Shown here in pieces: positions 48,108-59,000 of a stretch of 64,000 nucleotides of DNA (positions are counted from its first letter, which is position 1; every line of letters starts with the position of its first letter). The translations under genes and the position numbers were made by a program. This DNA comes from Drouetiella sp. (GTDB taxonomy: Bacteria; Cyanobacteriota; Vampirovibrionia; Obscuribacterales; Obscuribacteraceae). The stretch lies in NCBI GenBank assembly GCA_036702955.1, contig DATNPY010000039.1, forward strand, positions 1,642 through 65,641. The letters run 5' to 3'. The notes under the pieces were generated by a model. The model saw only the letters and a program-made list of their open reading frames with translations, was not told the origin of the DNA and did no database searches.

Positions 48108-49448
48108 ATGGCACCAACCACATCCACCAGCAGAACCCAACCCAAAATCCTGAGAATTTTACGACTGAGAGTGACGGACAAACCCGGATTTTTGGGTAAA
48201 GTCGCCACGCTGCTTGGTGATCTTGAAGCGAATATCGGCGAAATCCACATTCACAGCCAGGGTCCTGACTTTATTATTCGCGACATCAGTTTGCAGCTTG
48301 ATGATGAAAAACATCTGCAGCGCGTTCAAGACGCCGTCTCCAGCCTTGAGGGAGTTGAGGTCGAGATGATTATCGACCCTGTGCAACAAGTGCATCAGGG
48401 CGGCAAAATCGAGATGCGCAGCCGCATTGAGCTGACTTCGCTGGCGGAGTTGCGGCGCATCTACACGCCAGGAGTGGCGCAAATTTGCAAATTGATCGCT
48501 AAAGACAAGAATTACAGCAAGGAATACACGAGCATTTCAAACACTGTTGCTGTCGTTACGAATGGCACCGCCATTCTTGGGCTCGGAAACATCGGTCCCG
48601 TTGCAGGCATGCCTGTTATGGAAGGGAAAGCTGTGCTCTTCTCCCAACTTGTAGGCATCAGCGCCGTGCCTATCTTGATTGAATCAACAGACAGTGACTA
48701 CATTATCGAATCGATCAAAGCTATTGCCCCCACATTCGGTGCCATCCATTTGGAAGATATCGCCGCCCCTGAGTGTTTCGATATCGAGGAGCGCCTGCAA
48801 AATGCTCTCTCCATCCCGGTTTTGCATGACGATCAGCATGCGACCGCGATTGTTGTGCTCGGTGCGTTGCTGACCATCACTCAGAGAATGGGAATCGACC
48901 TTGCTTCGTGCAACATCGGTATCATTGGTCTGGGCGCAGCTGGAGCTGGTATCGCACAATTGCTCGATAGCTTCGGCGCCAAGAAAATATTTGGAACTGA
49001 CCTGAAGCAAGCTGCAATGGATAGACTTGCATCGCGCGGTGGTCATCCTGTCAGCCTGCAAGCCGTAATGCAGGAGTCAGACGTAGTTGTGGCCACGACA
49101 GGAGTTCCAGGGTTGATCAAACCTGAGATGGTTAAGCAAGGACAGGTAATTCTGGCTCTATCAAATCCAGATCCGGAAATCGATCCAGATCTCGCTATTG
49201 CTTGCGGGGCGAAATTCGCCGCTGACGGAAGGACCATTAACAATGCGCTCTCCTTCCCGGGATTGTTCAAAGGCGCCCTCATGTCTGGCGCACCGCGCTT
49301 TACTGATGCGATGAAAATTGCCGCTGCCCATGCAATTGCGGGTCAGACGAAAATGGACAATCTCGTTCCGAGCATCCTGGATCGCGAAGTGCATAAAGTC
49401 GTCGCAGATGCTGTTGCTCTGGCCGCACGTACTGGTGAGCCCGCTTAG
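48108..49448 (+). CDS. NAD(P)-dependent malic enzyme with N-terminal ACT domain
   Basis: ACT-like LRLRVTDKPGFLGKVATLLGDLEANIGEIHI. Malic enzyme core YTPGVAQICK...GTAILGLGNIGPVAGMPVMEGKAVLF and Rossmann IIGLGAAGAGIA. Confidence 0.9.
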   Translation: MAPTTSTSRTQPKILRILRLRVTDKPGFLGKVATLLGDLEANIGEIHIHSQGPDFIIRDISLQLDDEKHLQRVQDAVSSLEGVEVEMIIDPVQQVHQGGKIEMRSRIELTSLAELRRIYTPGVAQICKLIAKDKNYSKEYTSISNTVAVVTNGTAILGLGNIGPVAGMPVMEGKAVLFSQLVGISAVPILIESTDSDYIIESIKAIAPTFGAIHLEDIAAPECFDIEERLQNALSIPVLHDDQHATAIVVLGALLTITQRMGIDLASCNIGIIGLGAAGAGIAQLLDSFGAKKIFGTDLKQAAMDRLASRGGHPVSLQAVMQESDVVVATTGVPGLIKPEMVKQGQVILALSNPDPEIDPDLAIACGAKFAADGRTINNALSFPGLFKGALMSGAPRFTDAMKIAAAHAIAGQTKMDNLVPSILDREVHKVVADAVALAARTGEPA

Positions 49449-49730
49449 GAAAAAATCAACCATAGTGGGCAAATTGTCCAGGGCGTCCAGGACAATTTGC
49501 CGGCCACGGCACCAATTTTCGTCGGCGTCCATTCCTCAGTAATGCATTGGATTCGTGATCCAGATAGGGCTCCGTTTGGTTGCGCCATTTGACAGCCGGG
49601 CGAGATTGCCAGCCTGACATTAATTTGGCCCCTTGTGATTAACGAATTCCAGCTTCAATCGCTCTTCCATCCGGAAATGGAACAACTCTCGGTCAGATCT
49701 CATTTACTTGTCAGAGAATGCTCCTTGCGG

Positions 49731-50477
49731 TTACCTAAATCCGCCGCTTGCATAAAGCTGCTCACCAGTAAGCCATCCTGACTCATCAGACGCAAGGAAC
49801 ACGGCAATAGATGCGATATCTTGAGGTTGTCCAACACGACCCAGAGGAGTGCTCTTGATAGCCTCCTTTTCAAAATCCGAGCCTGTAAAACCGGCTGTTT
49901 GTGTGCCTTCTGTTGCTACGAGACCGGGATTCAACGAGTTAACGCGGATTTTTCTCGGTCCCAATTCGCGAGCCAGCACACCGGTTATCGCGTCCACCGC
50001 ACCCTTAGTGCCACTATACACAGAGCTGTTAGGAGGTGTAATGCGACCAACGAGCGAGCCAATGTTAATGATGGTAGCGCCTTCGCCGAGATGTTTAACT
50101 GCGGCTTTTGTAGTCAGCAACAAACCCAAAACGTTGATGTTGAATATTTGGTGGAAATGTTCTTCCGTGACTTCTTCAATGGGCTTCATGTCGTAGACAC
50201 CGGAGTTATTAACTAAAATGTCTAAACGTCCGAAATTTTTAATTGCAGTCTCAATAATGTTGCTTGCTTCAGCTCCGTTCGCCACGTCGCCCTTCACAGT
50301 TACAGCTTTGCCACCAGCAGCGGTGATTGCTCGCGCGACTTCATCAGCGCCCTCTTTACTGGACGCATAGTTAACTACGACCGAAGCTCCGGCTTCTGCG
50401 AGTGATTTCGCTATCGCCGCTCCAATACCTTTGGAAGCCCCCGTTACTACAGCCACCTTCCCGGCCAATTTGCTCAT
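49731..50477 (-). CDS. short-chain dehydrogenase/reductase
   Basis: ATG 50477 follows AGGAG. TGASKGIGAAIA and YSGTKGAVD (YxxxK). Confidence 0.85.
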   Translation of the reverse strand: MSKLAGKVAVVTGASKGIGAAIAKSLAEAGASVVVNYASSKEGADEVARAITAAGGKAVTVKGDVANGAEASNIIETAIKNFGRLDILVNNSGVYDMKPIEEVTEEHFHQIFNINVLGLLLTTKAAVKHLGEGATIINIGSLVGRITPPNSSVYSGTKGAVDAITGVLARELGPRKIRVNSLNPGLVATEGTQTAGFTGSDFEKEAIKSTPLGRVGQPQDIASIAVFLASDESGWLTGEQLYASGGFR

Positions 50478-50762
50478 ACCTCTCTCTCCTCGTTCTAAGT
50501 TACCCAACCGCGCCCAATTAAGGCTCACCAATATTAGACCGGTCGTCTATTCCCGTCAATGCCTTTCGCCCTTCAGGTAACGGAAAATGCAATTAACGCT
50601 TTACCCGGGTTCAACCAACACACTATCCTGCGCAACCTTAGCGAAACCACAAGGAATATTTCATTGACAATAATCGGGCAGAACTCCTGCTGCGCCCACT
50701 CTTAGCATTCAGTGTCTGAGACGATTGGGAGGTAAAAGACCGTCCCAGCTCTTTCATCGCGT

Positions 50763-52358
50763 TTAGGATCGATTGGTAGAAAACGGCTTTCTTATGTTGT
50801 TTCCGATCAGCGATTTGAACATTTCTTCTCGCTCCAGCTCTTTCGTTCTAATATCTGTGTCGAGTTTTTCTGTAAACTCGGCCAGTCTCGCTGAGCGATT
50901 GCCGCTTAAATTGTGAGCGATGTTCAGCGGCGACAACAGCGCCTTGGCGGCGCATAAACGCGGGCGCTTTAGTCCAAGCAGAAGCCAGTGTTTAATTCTG
51001 AAGGTCAAGGAATGAACGTAGATAAGTTGATAGAGATTTAGATGATATGCGTAAATCAGGTCGCGTATGTCCGCGAAAGCTTCTTCGGGCGGCTTTCGAT
51101 ACTGCGCATATTGCGCAGATGTGCGGTGATTGATTATCGCTTTCTCGTAGACACTCAACTCATCTTGTACAACGCGCTTGCTTTCCAGCATGGCGTGCGC
51201 TTTGTCTCGGGCCGCTTCACCAAATGCGGTGCGGCGTTCGGGCGATATAACCAGTTTGACGATTGCTGCAGCGATGTCGGCGGGGCGACCGGGCGGAATC
51301 ACAAAGCCTGTAGCGCCGTCGTCTATGTACTCCGGCGTACCACCGGCGCTGGTTGCCACAACTGGGCGTCCGCATGCCATTGCTTCCAGCACTGTATATG
51401 GTGCATTCTCGTAAAGGGAGGGCACGACACAGATGTCGGCTGAGCGATATAATCCCGGCATTTCAGACAGTGGCACGTGGTTGATGAACTGCACGTATTG
51501 ACTTGAATTCGTGGCTAACAGTCTGCGTTTCACCGTCTCTGCCACTGATTGTCTGCCCACTTTCATGTCTCGACCGACAATAACAAAGCGAACGTTTTTT
51601 GTCTGTTCCAAAACCAAAGGAATTGCGTCAATCAGCTGATGTATACCTTTACGCTCTTCCAACCGACCTGCAAACATGACTGTGACTTGCTCTGAGGGTT
51701 CGAGCGTCTTTGGACCAGCCGGTGAAAACTTTTCTATGTCGACGCCGTTACGCACAATGTGAATGGATTTCGCATCATATCCGCAGTCGCGAGCGACATA
51801 GTTTGCCAGCTCCTGACTCGGCGAAGAGACGGCATCTGCATTCAGTATCGTCATTCTTTCCAACATTCCAAAGAGTGTGTGATCGAATGACGGTTTGAGA
51901 TCGTGATACCGCTCCGCAACGAATTTGAAGTGCGGAGTATGCAGTCGCACAACAAGTGGGCAAGACTTCGTCATCGCCACCAGAAGCCCTTCAGCAAGAT
52001 GCTCAGGCGCTTCTACGACATCGAACGGTTTCTTCGCATGCAACTCGGTAAATTTATTCCAGAGTGCGATTGTTGTTTTAAACAGGTAATGGCTGTACGG
52101 AAGCGAGATCCAGATCGTGGCGAGCTCGTCCAGCAGGTGACCCCAGACCGCGCGGTGCAGTTGAATTACGTGGCGCTTTGAGTTCTCCGCACCGTTTGCC
52201 ACAGGCGGCTCAACAGTATCTTCTTTGCGCGCCAGAGCAATGACTTCGACATCATGACCGAGCGCCGCAAGTGCGTTTGCGTGCTGGTACGTGTATGCAC
52301 CAATACCACCCCAGCTTGTCTCAGGCGGGTATTCGCGAGAGATGAGACAAATGCGCAT
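50763..52358 (-). CDS. GT4-family glycosyltransferase with about 130-aa C-terminal extension
   Basis: MRICLISREYPPETSWGGIGAYTY... and EX7E region PSLYENAPYTVLEAMACGRPVVAT. Confidence 0.85.
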   Translation of the reverse strand: MRICLISREYPPETSWGGIGAYTYQHANALAALGHDVEVIALARKEDTVEPPVANGAENSKRHVIQLHRAVWGHLLDELATIWISLPYSHYLFKTTIALWNKFTELHAKKPFDVVEAPEHLAEGLLVAMTKSCPLVVRLHTPHFKFVAERYHDLKPSFDHTLFGMLERMTILNADAVSSPSQELANYVARDCGYDAKSIHIVRNGVDIEKFSPAGPKTLEPSEQVTVMFAGRLEERKGIHQLIDAIPLVLEQTKNVRFVIVGRDMKVGRQSVAETVKRRLLATNSSQYVQFINHVPLSEMPGLYRSADICVVPSLYENAPYTVLEAMACGRPVVATSAGGTPEYIDDGATGFVIPPGRPADIAAAIVKLVISPERRTAFGEAARDKAHAMLESKRVVQDELSVYEKAIINHRTSAQYAQYRKPPEEAFADIRDLIYAYHLNLYQLIYVHSLTFRIKHWLLLGLKRPRLCAAKALLSPLNIAHNLSGNRSARLAEFTEKLDTDIRTKELEREEMFKSLIGNNIRKPFSTNRS

Positions 52359-52424
52359 GACGTTACTCGACTGGGATCTGCAGGGTTGCCGGACGAACGA
52401 TGCGAATTTGTCTATGAAACAAAT

Positions 52425-52979
52425 TTAGCCTTTTTTGACTTCCCAGAAATCTTCGCCGAGTACATCCCATGGCAGGCGATGCTCGTCTGGATTGCTGGCG
52501 TCGAAGCACTGATTGACGAAATAAATCATGTTGGCAGGTTGAGTTCCCACATTCGCCAAGCCGTGGGCGACTCCGCGGGGAATGTACAGCGCCTGAGCTC
52601 GACCGGCTCCCAGTACAAAACGCATTGTCTTGTTGTAGGTCGGAGAGTCTTTTCTCGCGTCGAACAAGCCGATGAGAAGGCGGTCTTGCGGGATGATAAA
52701 CCACACATCTTCTTGATTGTAGTGCAGGTGGAAAGCTTTGATAACGCCCGGAAGCATTTGAGAGTAGGTGCTTTGACGTACTTTGAACTCGGGCAAAATC
52801 TGCAGATTTCCCTGTTCGTCGAGACGAACAATTTCGGCTAATGATCCGCCATCATCAACAAATAAGTTGAGGTTGATCAGCTGGACACCTTCGATGGTGA
52901 CCTTCTTTGCGTAATCTTGCACTGAGAGTGCACTACTGTAGTCGCCACCAATAGCGTCTTTAGTCAACGGTTTGAGCAT
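52425..52979 (-). CDS. rfbC: dTDP-4-dehydrorhamnose 3,5-epimerase-like cupin
   Basis: Cupin-type segments KAFHLHYNQEDVWFI and LYIPRGVAHGLANVG. Located in the rfb context. Confidence 0.7.
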   Translation of the reverse strand: MLKPLTKDAIGGDYSSALSVQDYAKKVTIEGVQLINLNLFVDDGGSLAEIVRLDEQGNLQILPEFKVRQSTYSQMLPGVIKAFHLHYNQEDVWFIIPQDRLLIGLFDARKDSPTYNKTMRFVLGAGRAQALYIPRGVAHGLANVGTQPANMIYFVNQCFDASNPDEHRLPWDVLGEDFWEVKKG

Positions 52980-53228
52980 GAGAAGTTAAGCGCCTTTTCA
53001 GAAAGTTGTGCTAATCGAGCATATGACAAGACTAAAGAATACCAGTCAGGACCCGCTTAAGTCCAGACCTTGTGCCACTTTGCGAAGGTGTAGTTACTCT
53101 AACGCTTGTCTCTTTCGGAACGCTTTCAGTTTGTCAATGGCTTATCTGGTGAAGCTTTCAGCGCTTATCGACCTGCTAATCGAAGTCGTCGTGCGCGTCG
53201 AATTGTCGAATTAGATACTACTTTATCC

Positions 53229-54098
53229 CTACTTGGTTGCTGCAGCTTTTTGCCCCGAATGCAGTTGCATGTAGGTTTTGAGAGATTCCTGCCAGGGCGG
53301 TAATTCTCTGCCGATAGTGTTTATCAAAGTGGTTTTATCGAGCACAGAATATTTTGGACGTGTCGCAGGGCGCGGCATTTCGCTAGTTGCAATTGGAATT
53401 ACTTCATTGTCTCTGTCTCGCAGAATCTCTTTTGCGAATTCGTACCAGCTTGTCACGCCGTCGTCTGTGCCGTGATAGACGCCCCATCGACCGGTGACGA
53501 TCAGGTCCGCCACAGTCTCAGAGAGGCTCAGTGTGCATGTCGGTGACCCTATCTGGTCAGAGACTACGCGCAACGTTTTCCGGTCATTAGCCATTGAGGA
53601 GATAGTGTCTACGAAGTTCTTTCCGTTCGGACCGTAGAGCCAGCTAGTACGCACGATGTAGAAGCGTTGCAGATGACGTTGCACAGCCTTCTCACCGGCG
53701 AGTTTGCTCTTCCCGTAAATTGAGATGGGTCGCGTAGCGTCCCATGGCGTGTAGGGCTGGTTCTGCTCTCCGTCAAAAACATAGTCGGAGCTGAAATAGA
53801 GCATCGGCGTTTCAAAAATATTGCAGGCAACGGCGAGATTTTCGGTGCCGTATCCATTGATGTGATAGGCGAGATGTGGCTCAGACTCTGCCTGATCCAC
53901 TTTTGTGTAGGCGCCGCAGTGAATGATCAAATCCGGTTCTTGATCTTCGATGACTTCCAGGCACTGCGTGTAGTTGGTGACGTCCAGGCGCTCTTTTGGC
54001 ACGCTGACGACATTGTGTCCACGCGATTGCAAGCACGCAGATAAAGCTTGACCCAACATGCCACCAGCACCGGTGACTAAAAGTTTCATCGTTTCCAT
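53229..54098 (-). CDS. rfbD: dTDP-4-dehydrorhamnose reductase
   Basis: LVTGAGGMLG Rossmann motif and YGKSKLAGE (YxxxK). Length ~285 aa. ATG 54089 is an alternative start. Confidence 0.85.
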   Translation of the reverse strand: METMKLLVTGAGGMLGQALSACLQSRGHNVVSVPKERLDVTNYTQCLEVIEDQEPDLIIHCGAYTKVDQAESEPHLAYHINGYGTENLAVACNIFETPMLYFSSDYVFDGEQNQPYTPWDATRPISIYGKSKLAGEKAVQRHLQRFYIVRTSWLYGPNGKNFVDTISSMANDRKTLRVVSDQIGSPTCTLSLSETVADLIVTGRWGVYHGTDDGVTSWYEFAKEILRDRDNEVIPIATSEMPRPATRPKYSVLDKTTLINTIGRELPPWQESLKTYMQLHSGQKAAATK

Positions 54099-54269
54099 TC
54101 AGATCCGCGGCAACGCCACGCCTCCACCTTATGAGTTTTGCTCAGCCATGCGACATGATAGCAAGTCAGGCCCCCAGTTTCTAGCGCCGGGCAAGGTTTC
54201 TCCGAGCGTCTTTTGAAAGCTTTGCCTGGCTTCGGCGAGCGGCTTTTGTCCGGCTCTGGCAATGGCGCG

Positions 54270-54308
54270 TTAACAAAAGGGTCCGCACCTGAGTCGATGC
54301 GGACCTTT
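54270..54308 (-). terminator. intrinsic terminator after rfbB
   Basis: On the minus strand: AAAGGUCCGCA-ucgacucagg-UGCGGACCCUUU followed by UGUU. Lies 60 nt downstream of the rfbB stop. Confidence 0.55.
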
Positions 54309-54368
54309 CGATTACTTTTACAGCAGCTCGCTGGTAACGCCAGCTTTTGTTCAGGCGTGGCTCAGATA

Positions 54369-55418
54369 CTAGACCACGACTGTTGGTGTCGGTACTGGAA
54401 CGACGATAGGAGCGAACTCCGGTTTCGTTACAGCGTTCAACCAGGCTGTATTCGACTTGTACCAGTTGATTGTCTGGTAGATGCCTGTTTCAAAGGTGTG
54501 CTTCGGAGTCCAGCCCAATTCTCGTTGAATTTTGGTTGAATCGATAGCGTATCTGCGATCGTGTCCGAGCCTGTCTTCAACGTATTTGATCAGCTCTGGA
54601 CCTTTTCCGCATTCCTTCAAGATCAGCTGAGTGATCTGCATATTGGTGCGCTCGTTGTTTCCACCGATGTTGTAGACCTCTCCTGGAACTCCTTTATGGA
54701 ATGCCAGATCGATTGCTGCGCAGTGGTCTTCGACGTGCAACCAATCGCGCACGTTGAGCCCATCTCCGTACACCGGAACTTGCTTGTTGGCGAAGCAATT
54801 GGTGATGAAGAGTGGAATCAGTTTTTCAGGGTGCTGATATGGTCCGTAGTTGTTTGAGCAACGTGTGATCACAGCAGGGAAATTGAATGTGTGGAAGTAA
54901 GCTCTGCACAGCAGGTCAGCAGCGGTTTTGCTGGCTGAGTAAGGGCTGTTTGGTTGCAGAGGCGTTTCTTCGCTGAACAATCCTGTTGGTCCAAGCGATC
55001 CATATACTTCGTCGGTTGAAACTTGAACGTATTTGATGCGGAATCCGCCGGTCGGCAACTTGCCGTGCTTATAAGCTGCTTCGAGGAGCACCTGGGTTCC
55101 CATCACGTTTGTTTCAACGAAAACTGCAGGGTCTGAAATCGAGCGGTCGACGTGGCTTTCAGCTGCCAGGTTGATGATGCCATCGATCTTACCGAAACGC
55201 TTTCCAGAAACGATATCGTTGACGAGCGCTACGTCTTGAATCAATCCTTTGACGAATTTGTAGCGTGGATTATCGTGTACGTCTGATAAGTTCTCTGGAT
55301 GTCCCGCGTAGGTGACGGCATCTAGATTGATGATTGTGTAATCCGGATGATTATTCAACAAGTAGCGCACCAGATTGCTTCCAATGAAGCCCAGTCCGCC
55401 GGTGATGAGTAATTGCAT
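54369..55418 (-). CDS. rfbB: dTDP-glucose 4,6-dehydratase
   Basis: ITGGLGFIGSN, YSASKTAADLL and the overall pattern are typical of RmlB. RBS GAGGAG. Confidence 0.92.
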   Translation of the reverse strand: MQLLITGGLGFIGSNLVRYLLNNHPDYTIINLDAVTYAGHPENLSDVHDNPRYKFVKGLIQDVALVNDIVSGKRFGKIDGIINLAAESHVDRSISDPAVFVETNVMGTQVLLEAAYKHGKLPTGGFRIKYVQVSTDEVYGSLGPTGLFSEETPLQPNSPYSASKTAADLLCRAYFHTFNFPAVITRCSNNYGPYQHPEKLIPLFITNCFANKQVPVYGDGLNVRDWLHVEDHCAAIDLAFHKGVPGEVYNIGGNNERTNMQITQLILKECGKGPELIKYVEDRLGHDRRYAIDSTKIQRELGWTPKHTFETGIYQTINWYKSNTAWLNAVTKPEFAPIVVPVPTPTVVV

Positions 55419-55585
55419 TTAGTTCTCCTCGGTAATCCTGAAAACTTGACAACCGCAAAGCTTTCCAGTCGTCAGGAGCAATTGTCCAGTGACAACCCCG
55501 CCGTGGTCAACGTGAGAGAAATAATGTGCAGCCGATCTGCAGTGAATCTTGTCTAATGAAGTTGTCAACACTGAATGGCTGGCGA

Positions 55586-56659
55586 TCAGACAACCTCGAC
55601 TTTGCTGTCATCACCGATCATTAATCTAAATGCAATCGGTTTGCTGTTGCTTCTCTTAAGTTCGACATTGACACCAATCAATGAATCTTCTATACGACCA
55701 TGGAAGTCGACGATCTGACAGTGCTCACGCAAAATGCAGTGTTCGATTTCAGCGTGCGAAACCCGGGCTCCGTCGCCGATTGACGTGAACGGTCCGACGT
55801 AGCTGTCTTCGAGAATGCAATCTTCGCCGATCATTGCTGGTCCGCGGACGATGCAGTTTTTCAGTTGGCTGCCTTTGCCGACATGCACTCTGCCTGAAAT
55901 TCGTGAGCCACCGTCTGTAGTGCCAAGCATGGAGACGTCGGTCATCTCGTCAAGCACAACCCGATTGGCTTCGAGCATGTCGTCTTTCTTTCCGGTATCA
56001 AGCCACCAGCTTCGCAAAATGTGGCTGTCGACGTGGTGCCCGGTCGAGATTAGCTGTTGAATCGCGTCTGTAATTTCGAGTTCGCCGCGTTTGCTTGGCT
56101 TGATTTGATCGATAGCGGTGTGAATATTTTTGTTGAACAGGTAAACTCCGACCAGTGCCAGATTGGATTTTGGCTTGGCTGGCTTCTCTTCCAGGCAGAG
56201 GATTCTGCCGTCATCATTGAGTTGAGCCACACCAAATGAGCTTGGATTCTCAACTTCCTTAAGCAAAATGAAAGCGTCTGCTTTGCCTTCCTCGAAGCGC
56301 TTTACCAGCGGACCGACACCGTCTTTGATCAAGTTGTCGCCCAGGTACATGACAAATGGATCGTCTTTCAAAAATGGTCGGGCTGTTTTGACTGCATGAG
56401 CCAGACCGAGCGGTTCGTCTTGCAGGACGTATTCGATCTTGATGCCCCAGCGGTCGCCGTTGCCCACTGAAGCGCGCACATCGTTGCCGGTTTCCGGGCT
56501 GATAATAATGGCGATTTCTCGAATGCCCGCAGATATCAACGCTTCGATTCCATAGAATAGAATCGGTTTGTTCGCTACCGGCAGCAGTTGCTTTGCCGCA
56601 GTATGCGTAATCGGTCGCATGCGAGTGCCTTTGCCGCCGCTCAGAATTAGTCCCTTCAT
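55586..56659 (-). CDS. rfbA: glucose-1-phosphate thymidylyltransferase (long form with left-handed beta-helix C-terminus)
   Basis: MKGLILSGGKGTRMRPITHTAAKQLLPVANKP. 357 aa. Confidence 0.85.
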   Translation of the reverse strand: MKGLILSGGKGTRMRPITHTAAKQLLPVANKPILFYGIEALISAGIREIAIIISPETGNDVRASVGNGDRWGIKIEYVLQDEPLGLAHAVKTARPFLKDDPFVMYLGDNLIKDGVGPLVKRFEEGKADAFILLKEVENPSSFGVAQLNDDGRILCLEEKPAKPKSNLALVGVYLFNKNIHTAIDQIKPSKRGELEITDAIQQLISTGHHVDSHILRSWWLDTGKKDDMLEANRVVLDEMTDVSMLGTTDGGSRISGRVHVGKGSQLKNCIVRGPAMIGEDCILEDSYVGPFTSIGDGARVSHAEIEHCILREHCQIVDFHGRIEDSLIGVNVELKRSNSKPIAFRLMIGDDSKVEVV

Positions 56660-56689
56660 TTTTCCGCCTGTTTTTCTAGTCGTCAGAAC

Positions 56690-57313
56690 TTAGAACGCGC
56701 CACGCTTGCTGACGACAGCACCAAACGTGGAGAAAATAATTTGCCAGTCGAGCCAGTAATTCCAGTGGTCGCAGTACCACTTGTCTGCTTCGACTTTGAC
56801 GTTGTCTGGTAATTCATCCCTGCCATTCACTTGCGCCCAACCGGTTATGCCGGGTGGAAACTTGAGAACGCCTGATTCTTGCCGCATCGCCGTTAGCTCG
56901 GTCTGATTATACAAAGCCGGGCGTGGACCAACCAAACTCATCTCGCCTTTAAGGACGTTAACCAACTGGGGCAGCTCATCCAGGCTCGTTTTGCGCAGAA
57001 ACGCGCCAACTTTTGTAATGGGACTGGGCATCTTCAGCATCTGGTCTGTTGGCACGTCTGGAGTGCCGTAGAACATTGTTCGAAACTTATAAATTTCAAA
57101 CAATTCTCCGTTCAGTCCGACGCGCTTCTGTTTGAAGATGATTGGACCCTTTGAATCGGTCTTGATCGCGACAGCAACCATTGCGAGCACAGGTGCCAGC
57201 CCGACCAACGCAGTGGCTGAGATCGCTACATCTGTGACTCGTTTCAAGGCTTTCAGCACAATTGAGTTCCGTGGTTGCAGTGATTGTACTTTGGTACGGA
57301 AGGCTCGTGCCAA
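56690..57313 (-). CDS. polyprenyl-phosphate sugar-1-phosphate transferase (bacterial sugar transferase family)
   Basis: Single N-terminal transmembrane segment plus KFRTM and LKGEMSLVGPRP hallmarks. Confidence 0.85.
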   Translation of the reverse strand: MARAFRTKVQSLQPRNSIVLKALKRVTDVAISATALVGLAPVLAMVAVAIKTDSKGPIIFKQKRVGLNGELFEIYKFRTMFYGTPDVPTDQMLKMPSPITKVGAFLRKTSLDELPQLVNVLKGEMSLVGPRPALYNQTELTAMRQESGVLKFPPGITGWAQVNGRDELPDNVKVEADKWYCDHWNYWLDWQIIFSTFGAVVSKRGAF

Positions 57314-57365
57314 TACTTAGTCAAATTTGATAAGTAACATGATGTACTCGGGTATCACGCTTTGA

Positions 57366-58505
57366 TCAGGACACCAGTTCATCCACAACTTGATTTAGTG
57401 GAACGAATTTGGCAGTAAGTTTTCGGTATGTGCGCGTGAATGGCTGTGTGACATCGTGGCATACAACCAGGTTTTCACCACTGGGATACTGACGGCGAAA
57501 AGCTTGCAGCCCTGTGGGATCGTAATCGGATGATGACCAGCTGCAATCGATTGCAGTAGGCGTATGAATTCGTCTTGCGAAAATAAAATCAACTTCGTGA
57601 TTTCGTTTGTCGCGCCAGTAATAGAACTGGCGTGTCTGCAAGCTTGCATGCAGCTCATTTAGCACAAAGTGTTTCCACATTGGTCCAAGGTCGGTGCGCC
57701 GCAGCTGGTTCCAACCGCGATGAAACGCAATGAATCCGGTGTCGAAGCCATACACTTTGGGTGCAGCAATAATTTCAGTCGAGCGGCGTGAATTGAACGG
57801 GCGTAGAAGATTCGCGAAATAGGTTTTTTCTAAAACGGATAAGTAATTGGTGATTGTTGTCCGGCTGACGCCGCATGGTTCAGCGTATCTCGTCGCTTCA
57901 AAAATCATTCCGCTGTCGATCATCAACATCTCTGCGAATTTCTGAAGCGATGCTTTTTTCTCGAGTCTGAATTGATTTTGGATCGAGTTGAGCCAGAAGT
58001 CGTCCATCCATTGTTCAAACTCTCGCTCTGGGAAACCTTCTGAAAGAAAAAATGGTGGCAGTCCACCTCGCAAAAATCTTTGCTGCAAGTCGTGTTGCAA
58101 AAAGTCGGCAAGGTCGTTACTGACCATCGGGGTGAGCCAGAGTTCTTCTATGCGTTCCTCCGTCAAATCTTTGTCCGCAGCGATCACGGAAAGCGCAGTC
58201 GAACTCGTGGCCAGGATTCGAATCTGTGGATAGACTTGTCGCGCTAGAGAGATGATTGCAAGCGGGTTGACTACGCGGGTAATTTCATCGAAGACTACAC
58301 GTCCTTCTCCTATGCGAGCAAAAAATTCGAGCGGATGCTCGAGCGCTCTGCGCACGCTTGGGAGAGTGCAGTCGAAGTACTCGATTTGCGGAAGATTTTG
58401 AGCAATCAAGCTTTTTCCTGTCTTCGGCAGACCTGAGAACCAGACAGCACTTCCATGCTGCCAACGTTCTTCAACTTTGCGAAACCAGAAGCTTCTATTC
58501 TTCAT
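57366..58505 (-). CDS. AAA+ ATPase (COG1373 / DUF4143-type)
   Basis: Walker A GLPKTGKS soon after MKNRSFWFRK (codon 31 of the track ORF, which extends to 58595). The C-terminal half resembles the DUF4143 region. Confidence 0.6.
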   Translation of the reverse strand: MKNRSFWFRKVEERWQHGSAVWFSGLPKTGKSLIAQNLPQIEYFDCTLPSVRRALEHPLEFFARIGEGRVVFDEITRVVNPLAIISLARQVYPQIRILATSSTALSVIAADKDLTEERIEELWLTPMVSNDLADFLQHDLQQRFLRGGLPPFFLSEGFPEREFEQWMDDFWLNSIQNQFRLEKKASLQKFAEMLMIDSGMIFEATRYAEPCGVSRTTITNYLSVLEKTYFANLLRPFNSRRSTEIIAAPKVYGFDTGFIAFHRGWNQLRRTDLGPMWKHFVLNELHASLQTRQFYYWRDKRNHEVDFIFARRIHTPTAIDCSWSSSDYDPTGLQAFRRQYPSGENLVVCHDVTQPFTRTYRKLTAKFVPLNQVVDELVS

Positions 58506-58712
58506 ATTTTGAGTCTTGCACGTAGTTGTACTAAACGCAAGTATCATTTCTTCTGGTGTAGCTTGCTGCTGCTGATTAAAACGGCAAATGCTCATCTACG
58601 ATAGTTTCAAGCAGTCGTCCGTTACCGGGACATTACCGAATAACTCTAGTTTTCAACTTTTGTCGCCCAGTTTCGGATTGTTCTTACAGGCTTGAATAGT
58701 TTCTCTCGTCAT

Positions 58713-59000
58713 TAGTGCTACTAAACGATGAACCTATGTTGTTTGGTATGTTCGCACTGAATGCAAGTTATCTATTATTTGATGCGACTAAATGAAAATA
58801 AGCCTACGTATAGTTACATTTCACTGAATGGGTTGTTAATTTCGTTTAGTAGCATTATATGTCGACGCGACTCTCGTTAAATCAGTTTAGTTCCGGGCAA
58901 AACGGGCTTCTTTTGCAATTAGTAGCACTTATCGTTTTATTAACGCTGTCTAAGCTGGGATTGGCGAACGAAATGATTGCTTAGTTTTGTTTAGTAGCAC
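58713..59000. promoter_or_regulatory. array of TTAGTAGCA motifs in an AT-rich 540-bp divergent intergenic region
   Basis: Forward copies at 58846-58854, 58919-58927 and 58991-58999, spaced 73 and 72 bp. A reverse-complement copy TGCTACTAA lies at 58717-58725. Degenerate copies occur near 58527-58538, 58784-58794 and 58883-58892. Confidence 0.3.

Noticed and set aside
49468-49501. 12-bp-stem hairpin (GGCAAATTGTCC...GGACAATTTGCC) after the malic enzyme gene, as an intrinsic terminator
   Set aside because: No U-tract follows it on either strand. It may still be a structural element, but I cannot support a terminator call.
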